Origin: Bacteroidota bacterium
Lineage (GTDB): Bacteria; Bacteroidota; Bacteroidia; Flavobacteriales_F; PHOS-HE28
Length of the DNA stretch: 64,000 bases
Direction of reading: 5' to 3'
NCBI GenBank assembly: GCA_018266685.1
Contig: JAFDZY010000201.1
Location: 1,632 to 65,631 of the forward strand
The first letter of the stretch is position 1. Each line of letters begins with the position of its first letter. Positions 36,701 through 44,540 of this stretch are shown one piece after another. The position numbers were made by a program, and so were the translations under genes. The notes under the pieces are model-generated. The model ran no database searches. It was given only the letters and a program-made list of their open reading frames with translations, and was not told where the DNA came from.

Positions 36701-38401
36701 CCGAACAAGATTGCACCGGGCAATTGCGGTTGCGGGATGCCCGAGCCTGGAACGGCATGCAACGACGGGAATCCCACAACGGTAAATGATGCCGTGGACC
36801 TGAATTGCCAATGCACGGGCGAAACGGCGGATTGCCAAGGTACACCAGACGGCCCGGCACTTCCGGGCACACCATGTGATGACCAGGATACGGCCACGTT
36901 CAATGACACCTGGTCCCCGGATTGCGTTTGCGCAGGCCAGTTGATGGACTGCACGGGTACGATCGGTGGACCGGCCCTTCCCGGAACGCCTTGTGATGAT
37001 GGGAACGCATCCACGGGGAACGATGCTTGGTCGCCTAGCTGCGAATGCATTGGCCTGACCTTGGATTGTGCGGGGGTGCCCGGGGGAACGGCCTTGCCCG
37101 GCACCATTTGCAACGATGGCAACAACAACACCTTGGGCGACACATGGACCAGCGATTGCCAATGTGTGGGCTTGCTGGTGGATTGTTTGGGAGTGCCTGG
37201 TGGAGATGCACTACCGGGTGATTCCTGCGATGATGGCAACCCGTTGACAACCGGTGACACCTGGGGTGCTGATTGTGAGTGCAACGGCAACCCCGTGGAT
37301 TGTGAGGGTACTCCCAACGGAGCGGCATTGCCCGGAACGGCATGCGATGATCAAGATCCGGCAACCGGAAATGACCTGTGGCAGCCTGATTGCACTTGTG
37401 CGGGTGAACCATTGGATTGTATGGGGGCACCGGGTGGAACTGCGCTTCCGGGCACGCCCTGCGATGACGGGGATGCCGGCACTGGCATGGACACGTGGAC
37501 AGCCACATGCACTTGCATGGGATTGCTCTTGGATTGTGAAGGAGTTCCGGGGGGGACTGCCTTGCCCGGAAGCGCTTGCAATGATGGGGATCCCGGCACG
37601 GGCAACGATGCTTGGACATTGGATTGCACATGCACAGGGCAACCATTTGACTGCCTTGGTACTGCGGGCGGAACGGCACTGCCTGGAACGGCTTGCGATG
37701 ATGGCGACATCAGCACGGGCAATGACACATGGACGACTGACTGTGTTTGCACAGGTGCTCCTTTTGATTGCCTCCAACAACCAGGGGGAACCGCATTGCC
37801 CGGTACGCCTTGCAACGATGCGGACCCGACAACGGGTAACGACACTTGGACTGTGGCCTGCATCTGTTCAGGCTTGCCGTACGACTGCGCGGGACTCGCG
37901 GGCGGAACAGCCTTTGTGGACGGATGCGGGCAATGTGCAGGCGGCAACACCGGCATCACCCCCGATCCTGATGCCGACCTGGACGGTGTATTGGATTGCC
38001 ATGACAATTGCGTGGCGGTGCCTAACAGTGAACAACAGGATTTTGATCAGGACGGCGTTGGCGACGCGTGCGACAATTGCCCGTGGACGTTCAATCCGGA
38101 CCAGGCTGATGCGGACCAGGACGGCATTGGGGATGCATGCAGCACCGTTTCCATAAACGATGTACCCGGACAAACAGGCGTCAGTTGTTATCCGAACCCA
38201 ACAAGCGGAAACCTCTACATCACCGCTTCCGGTGCAGGGGTGAAGCAGGTCTTGCTGTACGATCTCGTCGGAAAGCTCCTGCTCATCCGTCCATACAGCC
38301 ATGAATTAGACCTTGGAGGTCTTCCTTCCGGGACCTATATGCTCGAGTTAAAGGCTGCTTCCGAGGAGGTTATATCCCGCATCAGAGTAGTACGGCAGTA
38401 A
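33785..38401 (+). CDS. Giant T9SS-secreted cysteine-rich repeat protein (paralog 1)
   Basis: 1538 aa. It has a signal peptide, an Fn3-like segment and a ~340-aa gingipain-like domain. These are followed by ~30 Cys-rich units (C.DG..CT.ND.....C.C.G) interleaved with thrombospondin-type-3-like DxDxDGxCDxxDNCP motifs. The T9SS C-terminal sorting domain (CYPNPTSGNLYI...) lies at 38180-38398. Met7 (33803) is an alternative start. Confidence 0.9.
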   Translation: MYPHFLMRGRDLLLVGLVFGCLSISEPGKAQAYEASVRASVQVQTSPPRITLNWQGLYNVTGYQIWRKLKGATSWGNPVANLDANALSWTDGNVQPQVSYEYKVRRTTVNVGDGYSYINAGIEVPMVEGRGKVILLVDDYFSSALSSQLDQVKQDLEGDGWTVLRHDVSRNASVPSIKNIVVNDYNADPANTKMVFILGHVPVPYSGNLAPDGHWEHQGAWSADTYYADVDGTWTDNSVNVTYAVDPRNHNVPGDGKFDQSNIPSAVELAVGRVDFYNLPVFPQSETVLMATYLTKLHNWKVRNFTAVARGLVDDNFVGQGPGFASIGYRGFSPLVGQQNVTDQDYFPTLVNQSYLWSYGCGGGYWDSANGVGNSNDFATKNAKSVFTALFGSSFGDFDCQNDFMRSALGSGTILTSFWGGIPNWFFHHMGMGETIGYAVKLTENNVNGLYTPANDGAGQVHIALMGDPTLRMTMVGPPSNVTGNVQGNNINLSWTGSLDNVAGYHVYRYVPATQSWLRVTNSAVSGTSFTDVVSGAGGTIRYMVRALKLVSTASGTYYDLSIGAKGQAVAGGSAVDCLGVPGGTALAGSPCNDGDACTVNDAWDASCECTGTFQDQDGDGICNAQDNCPGVPGQIGSACNDGSACTINDVLNANCQCTGTFQDNDGDGICNALDNCPNTPGSIGSSCDDGDPCTTGDMVNANCQCTGTFQDTDADGICNAQDGCPTIPGTVGTPCDDGSDCTANDVLDNNCQCAGSPLPDADGDGLCDAHDNCPNVTGEVGWDCDDGDPCTVEDELDANCVCIGTPAGDQDNDGICDATDDCPTIPGQIGSSCDDGSECTNNDVLDSNCQCTGTPLPDADGDGLCDAQDNCPNVTGEVGWDCDDGDPCTVEDELDANCVCVGTPAGDQDNDGICDATDDCPTVPGQVGSSCDDGSDCTLNDVLNAACQCTGTFQDTDNDGTCDAQDGCPNDPNKIAPGNCGCGMPEPGTACNDGNPTTVNDAVDLNCQCTGETADCQGTPDGPALPGTPCDDQDTATFNDTWSPDCVCAGQLMDCTGTIGGPALPGTPCDDGNASTGNDAWSPSCECIGLTLDCAGVPGGTALPGTICNDGNNNTLGDTWTSDCQCVGLLVDCLGVPGGDALPGDSCDDGNPLTTGDTWGADCECNGNPVDCEGTPNGAALPGTACDDQDPATGNDLWQPDCTCAGEPLDCMGAPGGTALPGTPCDDGDAGTGMDTWTATCTCMGLLLDCEGVPGGTALPGSACNDGDPGTGNDAWTLDCTCTGQPFDCLGTAGGTALPGTACDDGDISTGNDTWTTDCVCTGAPFDCLQQPGGTALPGTPCNDADPTTGNDTWTVACICSGLPYDCAGLAGGTAFVDGCGQCAGGNTGITPDPDADLDGVLDCHDNCVAVPNSEQQDFDQDGVGDACDNCPWTFNPDQADADQDGIGDACSTVSINDVPGQTGVSCYPNPTSGNLYITASGAGVKQVLLYDLVGKLLLIRPYSHELDLGGLPSGTYMLELKAASEEVISRIRVVRQ
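36056..36560 (+). repeat. 294-bp in-frame tandem duplication (about 1.7 copies) inside paralog 1
   Basis: PLPDADGDGLCDA.DNCPNVTGEVGWDCDDGDPCTVEDELDANCVC.GTPAGDQDNDGICDATDDCPT.PGQ.GSSCDDGS.CT.NDVL occurs twice. The copies begin at 36056 and 36350 and have only a few substitutions. Confidence 0.85.
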
Positions 38402-38573
38402 ACCGCTGGCGGAGCGGAATGCCTGGTTGGACGGGCTGATGAAGTGATTTGTCTTATTGATGAACCATGGACGTAACCCGTGCGTTCGGGGTTGCGCTAT
38501 AAGGTCTCCTGCTCCTTTGTTTGCCGGTCCTCCCACCAAGGTCGGCGAATGGTCAGGCCAGACCAAGACCCAG

Positions 38574-41500
38574 ATGGTGAAACAGATCCTTTCCACGGTT
38601 GCCGGGATGCTCCTTTCGGCCACTTTGCTTGCACAGTCCTACTCGCAGGCGGCCTCGGTGCAGATGTCGGCCACGGTGCAAAGCAGCCCCGCACGCATCA
38701 CGGTGCAGTGGCAGCCGTATGCATCTGCTTCCAATTACACGGTCTATCGCAAGCTCAAGGATCAGCAGTCATGGGGCAGTAGTGTGGCCAGTTTGGGGGG
38801 CAGCGTCAATCAATACGTGGACAACGACGTTTCCGTGGGCGTTTATTATGAATACAAAGTGGTGCGTACGGCAGGCACAACCGGTACGGGCTACATCAGC
38901 TCAGGCATCAACCTGGACCCGGTGGAAGACCGCGGGGTAATGGTGCTCTTGGTGGACAACGACATTTCAGGCGGCTTGACCACGGAGCTGCTCCAATTGC
39001 AGGACGACCTGCAAAATGACGGGTGGCGCGTGATCCGCCATGACGTTTCGCGTTCCACGGCTGTTACGGCCATCCGCGCGCTCGTTCAAGCAGACTACAA
39101 TGCCGATCCCACCGGGGTCAAGGCGGTGTACATCATCGGCCACGTGCCCGTTCCGTACTCCGGAAACCTAAACCCTGACGGACATGGTGACCACAAGGGA
39201 GCGTGGCCCTGCGACGGCTATTACGGGGAGATGAACGGAACTTGGACCGACAACTCGGTGAACAACAGTTCCGCCCAGCAATCCCGGAACTACAATGTGC
39301 CCGGGGACGGAAAGTTTGACCAAAGCGATTATCCCAGCGCGATTGAGCTGGAAGTGGGCCGCATCGATTTCTGGAACATGGGCACGCCTTGGTATTCCTT
39401 TCCCTTCAGTGAAACGGAACTTACCCGGCGTTACCTGAACAAGGCCCATGCCTATAAGACACGCCAGTTCGTACCCCAGGTTCGCGGCATTGTCTTCGAC
39501 AATTTCCAGGATGCGCCAGATCCGTTGGCAGGCTCCGGGTACCGGTGCATTCCTGCACTGGTAGGCGCATCCAACACCACCAATTGCGATCCCGCCGGAA
39601 CGCAGTTCTCCACATTGCTGAACGGCCAGAGCTATTTGTGGACTTATGCGAGCGGCGGAGGCACATGGGTGAGCGCTTACAACGTGGGAACCAGCGATGA
39701 TTATGCAGCCACCTCCTTCGGCGGGATCTTCAACATGTCCTTCGGCAGCTATTTCGGCGATTGGGACGTCACCAACAGCTTTCTCAGGGCCACCATCGCC
39801 AGCGGCAACGCCTTGACCAACGTTTGGTCCGGTGTTCCCAATTACTGGTTCCAGCACATGGGCATGGGTGACAATGTGGGCTACAGCACATTGGTGTCCA
39901 TGAACAATACCACGCTGTATTCACCCCAGAACGGCGGATTCCAGGGCAGCCCCTATAACAGGGTGCACATGGCATTGATGGGTGACCCCAGTTTGCGCAT
40001 GACCGTAGTGCCGAGGCCTTCCAACCTGCAAGTGGGCAACAGCAACGGCTTGGCGGCATTCAGTTGGAGCGCGCCCATGGGCTCCGTGGACGGTTACCAT
40101 GTGTATGAGGTGAACCAGGCCACGGGAAGCTTGGTGAGGCTTACGCCAACGCCCGTTACCCAAACCAATTTCAGCAGTCCGGCAGTTCCGTTCGTGAACG
40201 GCAAGCGCTACATGGTGCGCGCCGTGAAATTGCAGACCACGAACACGGGCAAGTTCTATGATCTTTCGCTGGGTGTTCAAGCTACCGCTTCCGGAACGGC
40301 AACAGCGGATTGCAACGGCGTAATTGGAGGCCCTGCAGTGGTGGGCAGTTCTTGCAATGACGGAAATGCCTGCACGGTGAATGATGTACTGGACGCAAAC
40401 TGCCAATGTGCAGGGACGCCCAGTCCGGACGCGGATGGAGACGGTATTTGCAATGCCCAGGACAATTGCCCCAACGTACAAGGCCAGATCGGCTCCCCCT
40501 GCAATGACGGGAATGCCTCCACCATCAATGATGTCCTGAATTCAAACTGCCAGTGCGTAGGAACAGCGGTAACCCTGGACTGTAACAGCGTGCCCAACGG
40601 CCCCGCCATGCCGGGTACCGCGTGCAACGACAACGATCCGAACACGATCAATGATGTGCTGCAGCCGAACTGCGTGTGCGCGGGCACACCGGCGAACTTC
40701 GACTGCAACAACGTCCCGAACGGCCCTGCGCTCCCTGGAACGGCTTGCAACGACGGCAACGCAAACACCGGCAACGATACGTGGAACAGCAACTGCCAGT
40801 GCGTGGGGCAAGTGATCGACTGCAATGGCACGGCCGGAGGCAGTGCACTGCCCGGCAGCTCCTGCAACGACGGCAACGCGAACACCGGCAACGACACTTG
40901 GAACAGCAACTGCCAGTGCATAGGACAAGTGATCGACTGCAACGGCTCGGCCGGAGGCAGTGCACTGCCCGGCAGCTCCTGCAACGACGGCAACGCGAAC
41001 ACCGGCAACGACACTTGGAACAGCAATTGCCAGTGCGTGGGGCAAGTAATCGACTGCAACGGCACCGCCGGAGGCAACGCCTTGCCCGGCAGCTCCTGCA
41101 ATGATGGCAACGCGAACACCATCAACGACACGTGGAACAGCAACTGCCAGTGCGTGGGAACCGCGGTAACCTTGGACTGCAACAGTGTGCCCAACGGCCC
41201 CGCGATGCCGGGTACCGCGTGCAACGACAACGATCCGAACACGATAAATGATGTGCTGCAGCCGAACTGCGTGTGCGCGGGCACACCGGCGAACTTCGAC
41301 TGCAACAACGTCCCGAACGGCCCTGCACTCCCGGGAACGGCTTGCAATGACGGCAACGCGAACACCGGCAACGATACGTGGAACAGTAACTGCCAGTGCG
41401 TGGGGCAAGTGATCGACTGCAACGGTACGGCCGGAGGCAACGCCTTGCCCGGCAGTTCCTGCAATGATGGCAACGCGAACACCATCAACGACACGTGGAA

Positions 41501-42545
41501 CAGCAACTGCCAATGTGCTGGTGTCCCCGCGAACTATGATTGCAACAACGTTCCGAACGGCCCTGCGCTCCCTGGAACGGCCTGCAACGACGGCAACGCG
41601 AACACCGGCAACGATACGTGGAACAGCAACTGCCAGTGCGTGGGGCAGGTGATCGATTGCAACGGTACGGCAGGCGGCAATGCGCTACCCGGTACCTCCT
41701 GCAACGATGGCAACTCCGGTACCATCAACGATACTTGGAACAGCAACTGTGAGTGCACGGGCACGCCCGCCAACTACGACTGCAACAACGTGCCGAACGG
41801 CCCTGCGCTGCCAGGCACGGCGTGCAATGACGGCAACAATGCCACCATGGGCGACACTTGGACGGTTGATTGCCAATGCGTGGGCCAGCTGGTGGATTGC
41901 TTGGGCACACCGGGCGGTAGCGCGTTGCCTGGAACGCCCTGTGACGATGGGAATGTGGCCACCACCAATGACCAATATGAGGCAAACTGCGAGTGTGTCG
42001 GCATGATCGAGATGATCGACTGCAGCGGTGTTCCTGGCGGAACGGCCTCTTTGGATGATTGCGGTATCTGCTCCGGTGGGAACACGGGCATTGTGCCGAA
42101 CGTGGATGTTGACCAGGATGGCCTGGCCGCATGTGAGGACAATTGTTTGACGATCTACAATCCGGGCCAGGCTGACTTTGACGGGGACGGCATTGGGGAC
42201 GCCTGCGACAACTGTGCATGGGTGGCCAACGAAGATCAGCAGGACAGCGACCAGGATGGTGTGGGCGATGCGTGCCAAGGGGTCAACACTGGAATTGGCG
42301 AAACCGCGCCTGCGGGCGAGGGAATGGCCATCTGGCCCAATCCGGCGCGTGAGCATGTGCTTGTGCGCTGCGATACCGGCCGTGCCGCCACACTCCGGAT
42401 CTTTGAGCCGGCCGGCCGGATGGTGGGGGAGAAGGTGTTCTCCCAGCAACTGGACGTCACAGGCTTGGCCTCGGGCACGTACGTGATCGTTGCGTTGGAT
42501 GCCAACGGCAAGCAACTGGCTAGGGCACGCTTGGTGAAACTCTGA
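38574..42545 (+). CDS. Giant T9SS-secreted cysteine-rich repeat protein (paralog 2)
   Basis: Start at Met40 of the track ORF (MVKQILSTVAGMLLSATLLAQS signal peptide). Same architecture as paralog 1. T9SS CTD (IWPNPAREHVLV...TYVIVALDANGKQLARARLVKL) at about 42318-42542. Confidence 0.9.
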   Translation: MVKQILSTVAGMLLSATLLAQSYSQAASVQMSATVQSSPARITVQWQPYASASNYTVYRKLKDQQSWGSSVASLGGSVNQYVDNDVSVGVYYEYKVVRTAGTTGTGYISSGINLDPVEDRGVMVLLVDNDISGGLTTELLQLQDDLQNDGWRVIRHDVSRSTAVTAIRALVQADYNADPTGVKAVYIIGHVPVPYSGNLNPDGHGDHKGAWPCDGYYGEMNGTWTDNSVNNSSAQQSRNYNVPGDGKFDQSDYPSAIELEVGRIDFWNMGTPWYSFPFSETELTRRYLNKAHAYKTRQFVPQVRGIVFDNFQDAPDPLAGSGYRCIPALVGASNTTNCDPAGTQFSTLLNGQSYLWTYASGGGTWVSAYNVGTSDDYAATSFGGIFNMSFGSYFGDWDVTNSFLRATIASGNALTNVWSGVPNYWFQHMGMGDNVGYSTLVSMNNTTLYSPQNGGFQGSPYNRVHMALMGDPSLRMTVVPRPSNLQVGNSNGLAAFSWSAPMGSVDGYHVYEVNQATGSLVRLTPTPVTQTNFSSPAVPFVNGKRYMVRAVKLQTTNTGKFYDLSLGVQATASGTATADCNGVIGGPAVVGSSCNDGNACTVNDVLDANCQCAGTPSPDADGDGICNAQDNCPNVQGQIGSPCNDGNASTINDVLNSNCQCVGTAVTLDCNSVPNGPAMPGTACNDNDPNTINDVLQPNCVCAGTPANFDCNNVPNGPALPGTACNDGNANTGNDTWNSNCQCVGQVIDCNGTAGGSALPGSSCNDGNANTGNDTWNSNCQCIGQVIDCNGSAGGSALPGSSCNDGNANTGNDTWNSNCQCVGQVIDCNGTAGGNALPGSSCNDGNANTINDTWNSNCQCVGTAVTLDCNSVPNGPAMPGTACNDNDPNTINDVLQPNCVCAGTPANFDCNNVPNGPALPGTACNDGNANTGNDTWNSNCQCVGQVIDCNGTAGGNALPGSSCNDGNANTINDTWNSNCQCAGVPANYDCNNVPNGPALPGTACNDGNANTGNDTWNSNCQCVGQVIDCNGTAGGNALPGTSCNDGNSGTINDTWNSNCECTGTPANYDCNNVPNGPALPGTACNDGNNATMGDTWTVDCQCVGQLVDCLGTPGGSALPGTPCDDGNVATTNDQYEANCECVGMIEMIDCSGVPGGTASLDDCGICSGGNTGIVPNVDVDQDGLAACEDNCLTIYNPGQADFDGDGIGDACDNCAWVANEDQQDSDQDGVGDACQGVNTGIGETAPAGEGMAIWPNPAREHVLVRCDTGRAATLRIFEPAGRMVGEKVFSQQLDVTGLASGTYVIVALDANGKQLARARLVKL
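40557..41760 (+). repeat. Array of near-identical 99-bp (33-aa) units with a 597-bp higher-order duplication inside paralog 2
   Basis: VGTAVTLDCNSVPNGPAMPGTACNDNDPNTINDVLQPNCVCAGTPANFDCNNVPNGPALPGTACNDGNANTGNDTWNSNCQCVGQVIDCNGTAGG starts at 40557 and again at 41154 (offset 597 = 199 codons). Units of ...ALPGSSCNDGNANTGNDTWNSNCQC.GQVIDCNG... recur between them. Confidence 0.85.
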
Positions 42546-42634
42546 TCCCCGATCGTGGCAGTGGAACGAAATGTTCCTATGCCAGCCTTGGTTGAATTGT
42601 ACCGGACCAAAAGCGCCGGAACGGAAAGCCCTCC

Positions 42635-43621
42635 TTAGATGGAAAGGATCCCCAAGATCCGGAGCAGTTCGCCGTCCAATGCTTGGCGCTGGTTCAAGAG
42701 GGAACGGAACGGAATGAACACCAGTTTGCCATTCAATTGCCCAACCATTTCCCCACTGCCCCCGGATAGTAGCCGCTCCACGGCGGCCACACCGGTAATG
42801 CTGGCCAGCACACGGTCCGCCACGGAAGGATTTCCGCCGCGCTGTACATGCCCCAGCACGCTCACGCGTGTATCGTAGTGGTTATACCGCGCCTTTACCT
42901 TGCGGGCTACTTCGTAGGCGCCGCCTTGTTCGTCACCTTCCGCAACGATCACGATCACGGAAGATTTTGACCGCTCCGCATGTTCCAATGCGGTGATCAG
43001 CTCATCGATCCCTTGGGGCCGCTCCGGTACCATGATGTATTCAGCACCAGCCGCAATGCCGCAATGCAGCGCTATCGCACCGCACGTGCGCCCCATCACC
43101 TCCACAAAGAAGAGGCGGTCATGGGAAGATGCGGTATCCCTGATACGGTCAACGGCTTCCATGGCCGTGTTCGTCGCGGTGTCAAAGCCAATGGTGGCAT
43201 CGGTGCCTGGCAGGTCGTTGTCAATGGTGCCCGGAATTCCGATCACCGGAATCCCGTGTTCGGCTTGGAATACGGCCGCTCCCGCAAAGCTGCCGTCCCC
43301 TCCAATGATAACCAAGGCATCCATCCGGTGGCGGTCCATGGTGGCTTTGGAGATGGCCCTGCCTTCCGCAGTCCTGAAGGAAGCGCTCCGCGCTGAGCGC
43401 AGGATGGTGCCTCCGCGTTGAATGATGTTGCTCACATCGCGCACGTTCAATTTCCCCACTTCGTCCTTGATCAATCCTTCAAACCCTCCGTAAATGCCGC
43501 TCACCTCCACCTTGTTGAAGTGGGCGGTCCGCACCACCGCACGGATGGCCGCGTTCATTCCCGGGGCATCCCCGCCGGAAGTCAGTACGCCGATATGGGC
43601 CGGGGCAGTGGGCAAGGTCAT
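42635..43621 (-). CDS. pfkA: ATP-dependent 6-phosphofructokinase
   Basis: 328 aa with GVLTSGGDAPGMNAAIR, IGGDGS, PGTIDND and MGR.CG. Confidence 0.95.
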   Translation of the reverse strand: MTLPTAPAHIGVLTSGGDAPGMNAAIRAVVRTAHFNKVEVSGIYGGFEGLIKDEVGKLNVRDVSNIIQRGGTILRSARSASFRTAEGRAISKATMDRHRMDALVIIGGDGSFAGAAVFQAEHGIPVIGIPGTIDNDLPGTDATIGFDTATNTAMEAVDRIRDTASSHDRLFFVEVMGRTCGAIALHCGIAAGAEYIMVPERPQGIDELITALEHAERSKSSVIVIVAEGDEQGGAYEVARKVKARYNHYDTRVSVLGHVQRGGNPSVADRVLASITGVAAVERLLSGGSGEMVGQLNGKLVFIPFRSLLNQRQALDGELLRILGILSI

Positions 43622-43627
43622 GCTTGG

Positions 43628-43990
43628 TCAAGTGTTCGGCGCATCCGGGGCAGGATCAAACAAGCTGCGGAGCCGGTCCCTTACCAGCGGGTATTGCGGA
43701 CATGCCTTGTCCAACGAGCTGCCGAGCACAATGCCCAAAATGTAATAGCGGCGGTCCTGCACGGGGAATCGGCCCATCAGTTCGATCACCTCGCCGGAAT
43801 GCTCGCGCATCGCGGTGTTCAAGCAATGCCGTACCGCCAGGTCGAAGCTTCGGTTGTCGGCAGCTGGATCAATGGTGCCCATACAAGTACAGATGGCATC
43901 GGCCAGGTGGCCGGGCGGCGTGGCTTGCTGTGCACGGATGCCCGTGCCCAAGCCCAATAGCAGGATGATGGCCAGATTGAATCGAAGCAT
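43628..43990 (-). CDS. Small secreted hypothetical protein
   Basis: 120 aa from the internal ATG (MLRFNLAIILLLGLGTGIRAQQ signal peptide). The stop is 6 nt upstream of the pfkA start. Confidence 0.55.
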   Translation of the reverse strand: MLRFNLAIILLLGLGTGIRAQQATPPGHLADAICTCMGTIDPAADNRSFDLAVRHCLNTAMREHSGEVIELMGRFPVQDRRYYILGIVLGSSLDKACPQYPLVRDRLRSLFDPAPDAPNT

Positions 43991-44065
43991 GCTGGACGGG
44001 CAAAAATAATCCCAACAACAGTGCAGCCATTGCAACTGAACATGGAACGCCGGTACTTTTGTGGA

Positions 44066-44386
44066 ATGCACCGGGCTGTTTTGCGCCTGTCACCGGCATC
44101 CGTTCTCCTCGCCCTGCTCATGTTCTCCTCCTTGCCGAGAACATGGTTCCACCGCTGCGTGCATGAAACGGTTACAGGGATCGGGGATTCCCATGGTGCC
44201 GTGGTGCACAGCGATCTTCATTGCCCGGTCTGCGAAACTCCCTATCCGGTCCTTGACCGGAACGCGCAGACCTTCCTTGGGGCTTGGATGCCGTTGCTTG
44301 AAGGGCGGATAGTTGCACGGGAGCATCGGTTCCCGCTACCCGATCGGGGAGTCCCCAGCTTACGGGGTCCTCCTGTGCTCAGCTGA
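44066..44386 (+). CDS. Small Cys/His-containing exported protein upstream of the TonB-dependent receptor (tentative)
   Basis: 106 aa from MHRAVLRLSPASVLLALLMFSSLP (signal/anchor), then FHRCVHETVTGIGDSHGAVVHSDLHCPVCE. GC3-rich codons support coding. No family recognised. Confidence 0.35.
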   Translation: MHRAVLRLSPASVLLALLMFSSLPRTWFHRCVHETVTGIGDSHGAVVHSDLHCPVCETPYPVLDRNAQTFLGAWMPLLEGRIVAREHRFPLPDRGVPSLRGPPVLS

Positions 44387-44540
44387 TCGTTCCCTCCGGG
44401 ATACGAGGCTCTTTTTCTTCCCACTCCTTGTTGGGGCCGGGTTGTTCCATTTGAACATCCGGCAACTTGCTCGCAGCGGCAACGAAGGTTTTTGCCGCCC
44501 GCAACGGGAGCAACGATGGACTTTTCATTATTGGAACTGC

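Noticed and set aside
35458-37317. 619-aa minus-strand ORF (and 40277-41506, 409 aa; 40542-41513, 323 aa) with striking internal repeats
   Set aside because: The repeats simply mirror the sense-strand Cys-rich repeat array of the T9SS giants. The sense frames have signal peptides and T9SS CTDs, and the antisense frames have neither.
33785-42545. Diversity-generating retroelement or phase-variation cassette acting on the repeat proteins
   Set aside because: No reverse transcriptase, template repeat with A-to-N differences, invertase or invertible promoter repeats are visible in the window.
44387-44540. Possible cobalamin or other riboswitch ahead of the TonB-dependent receptor
   Set aside because: There is no B12-box-like sequence (AGYCMGGAGACC type) or other recognisable aptamer core.
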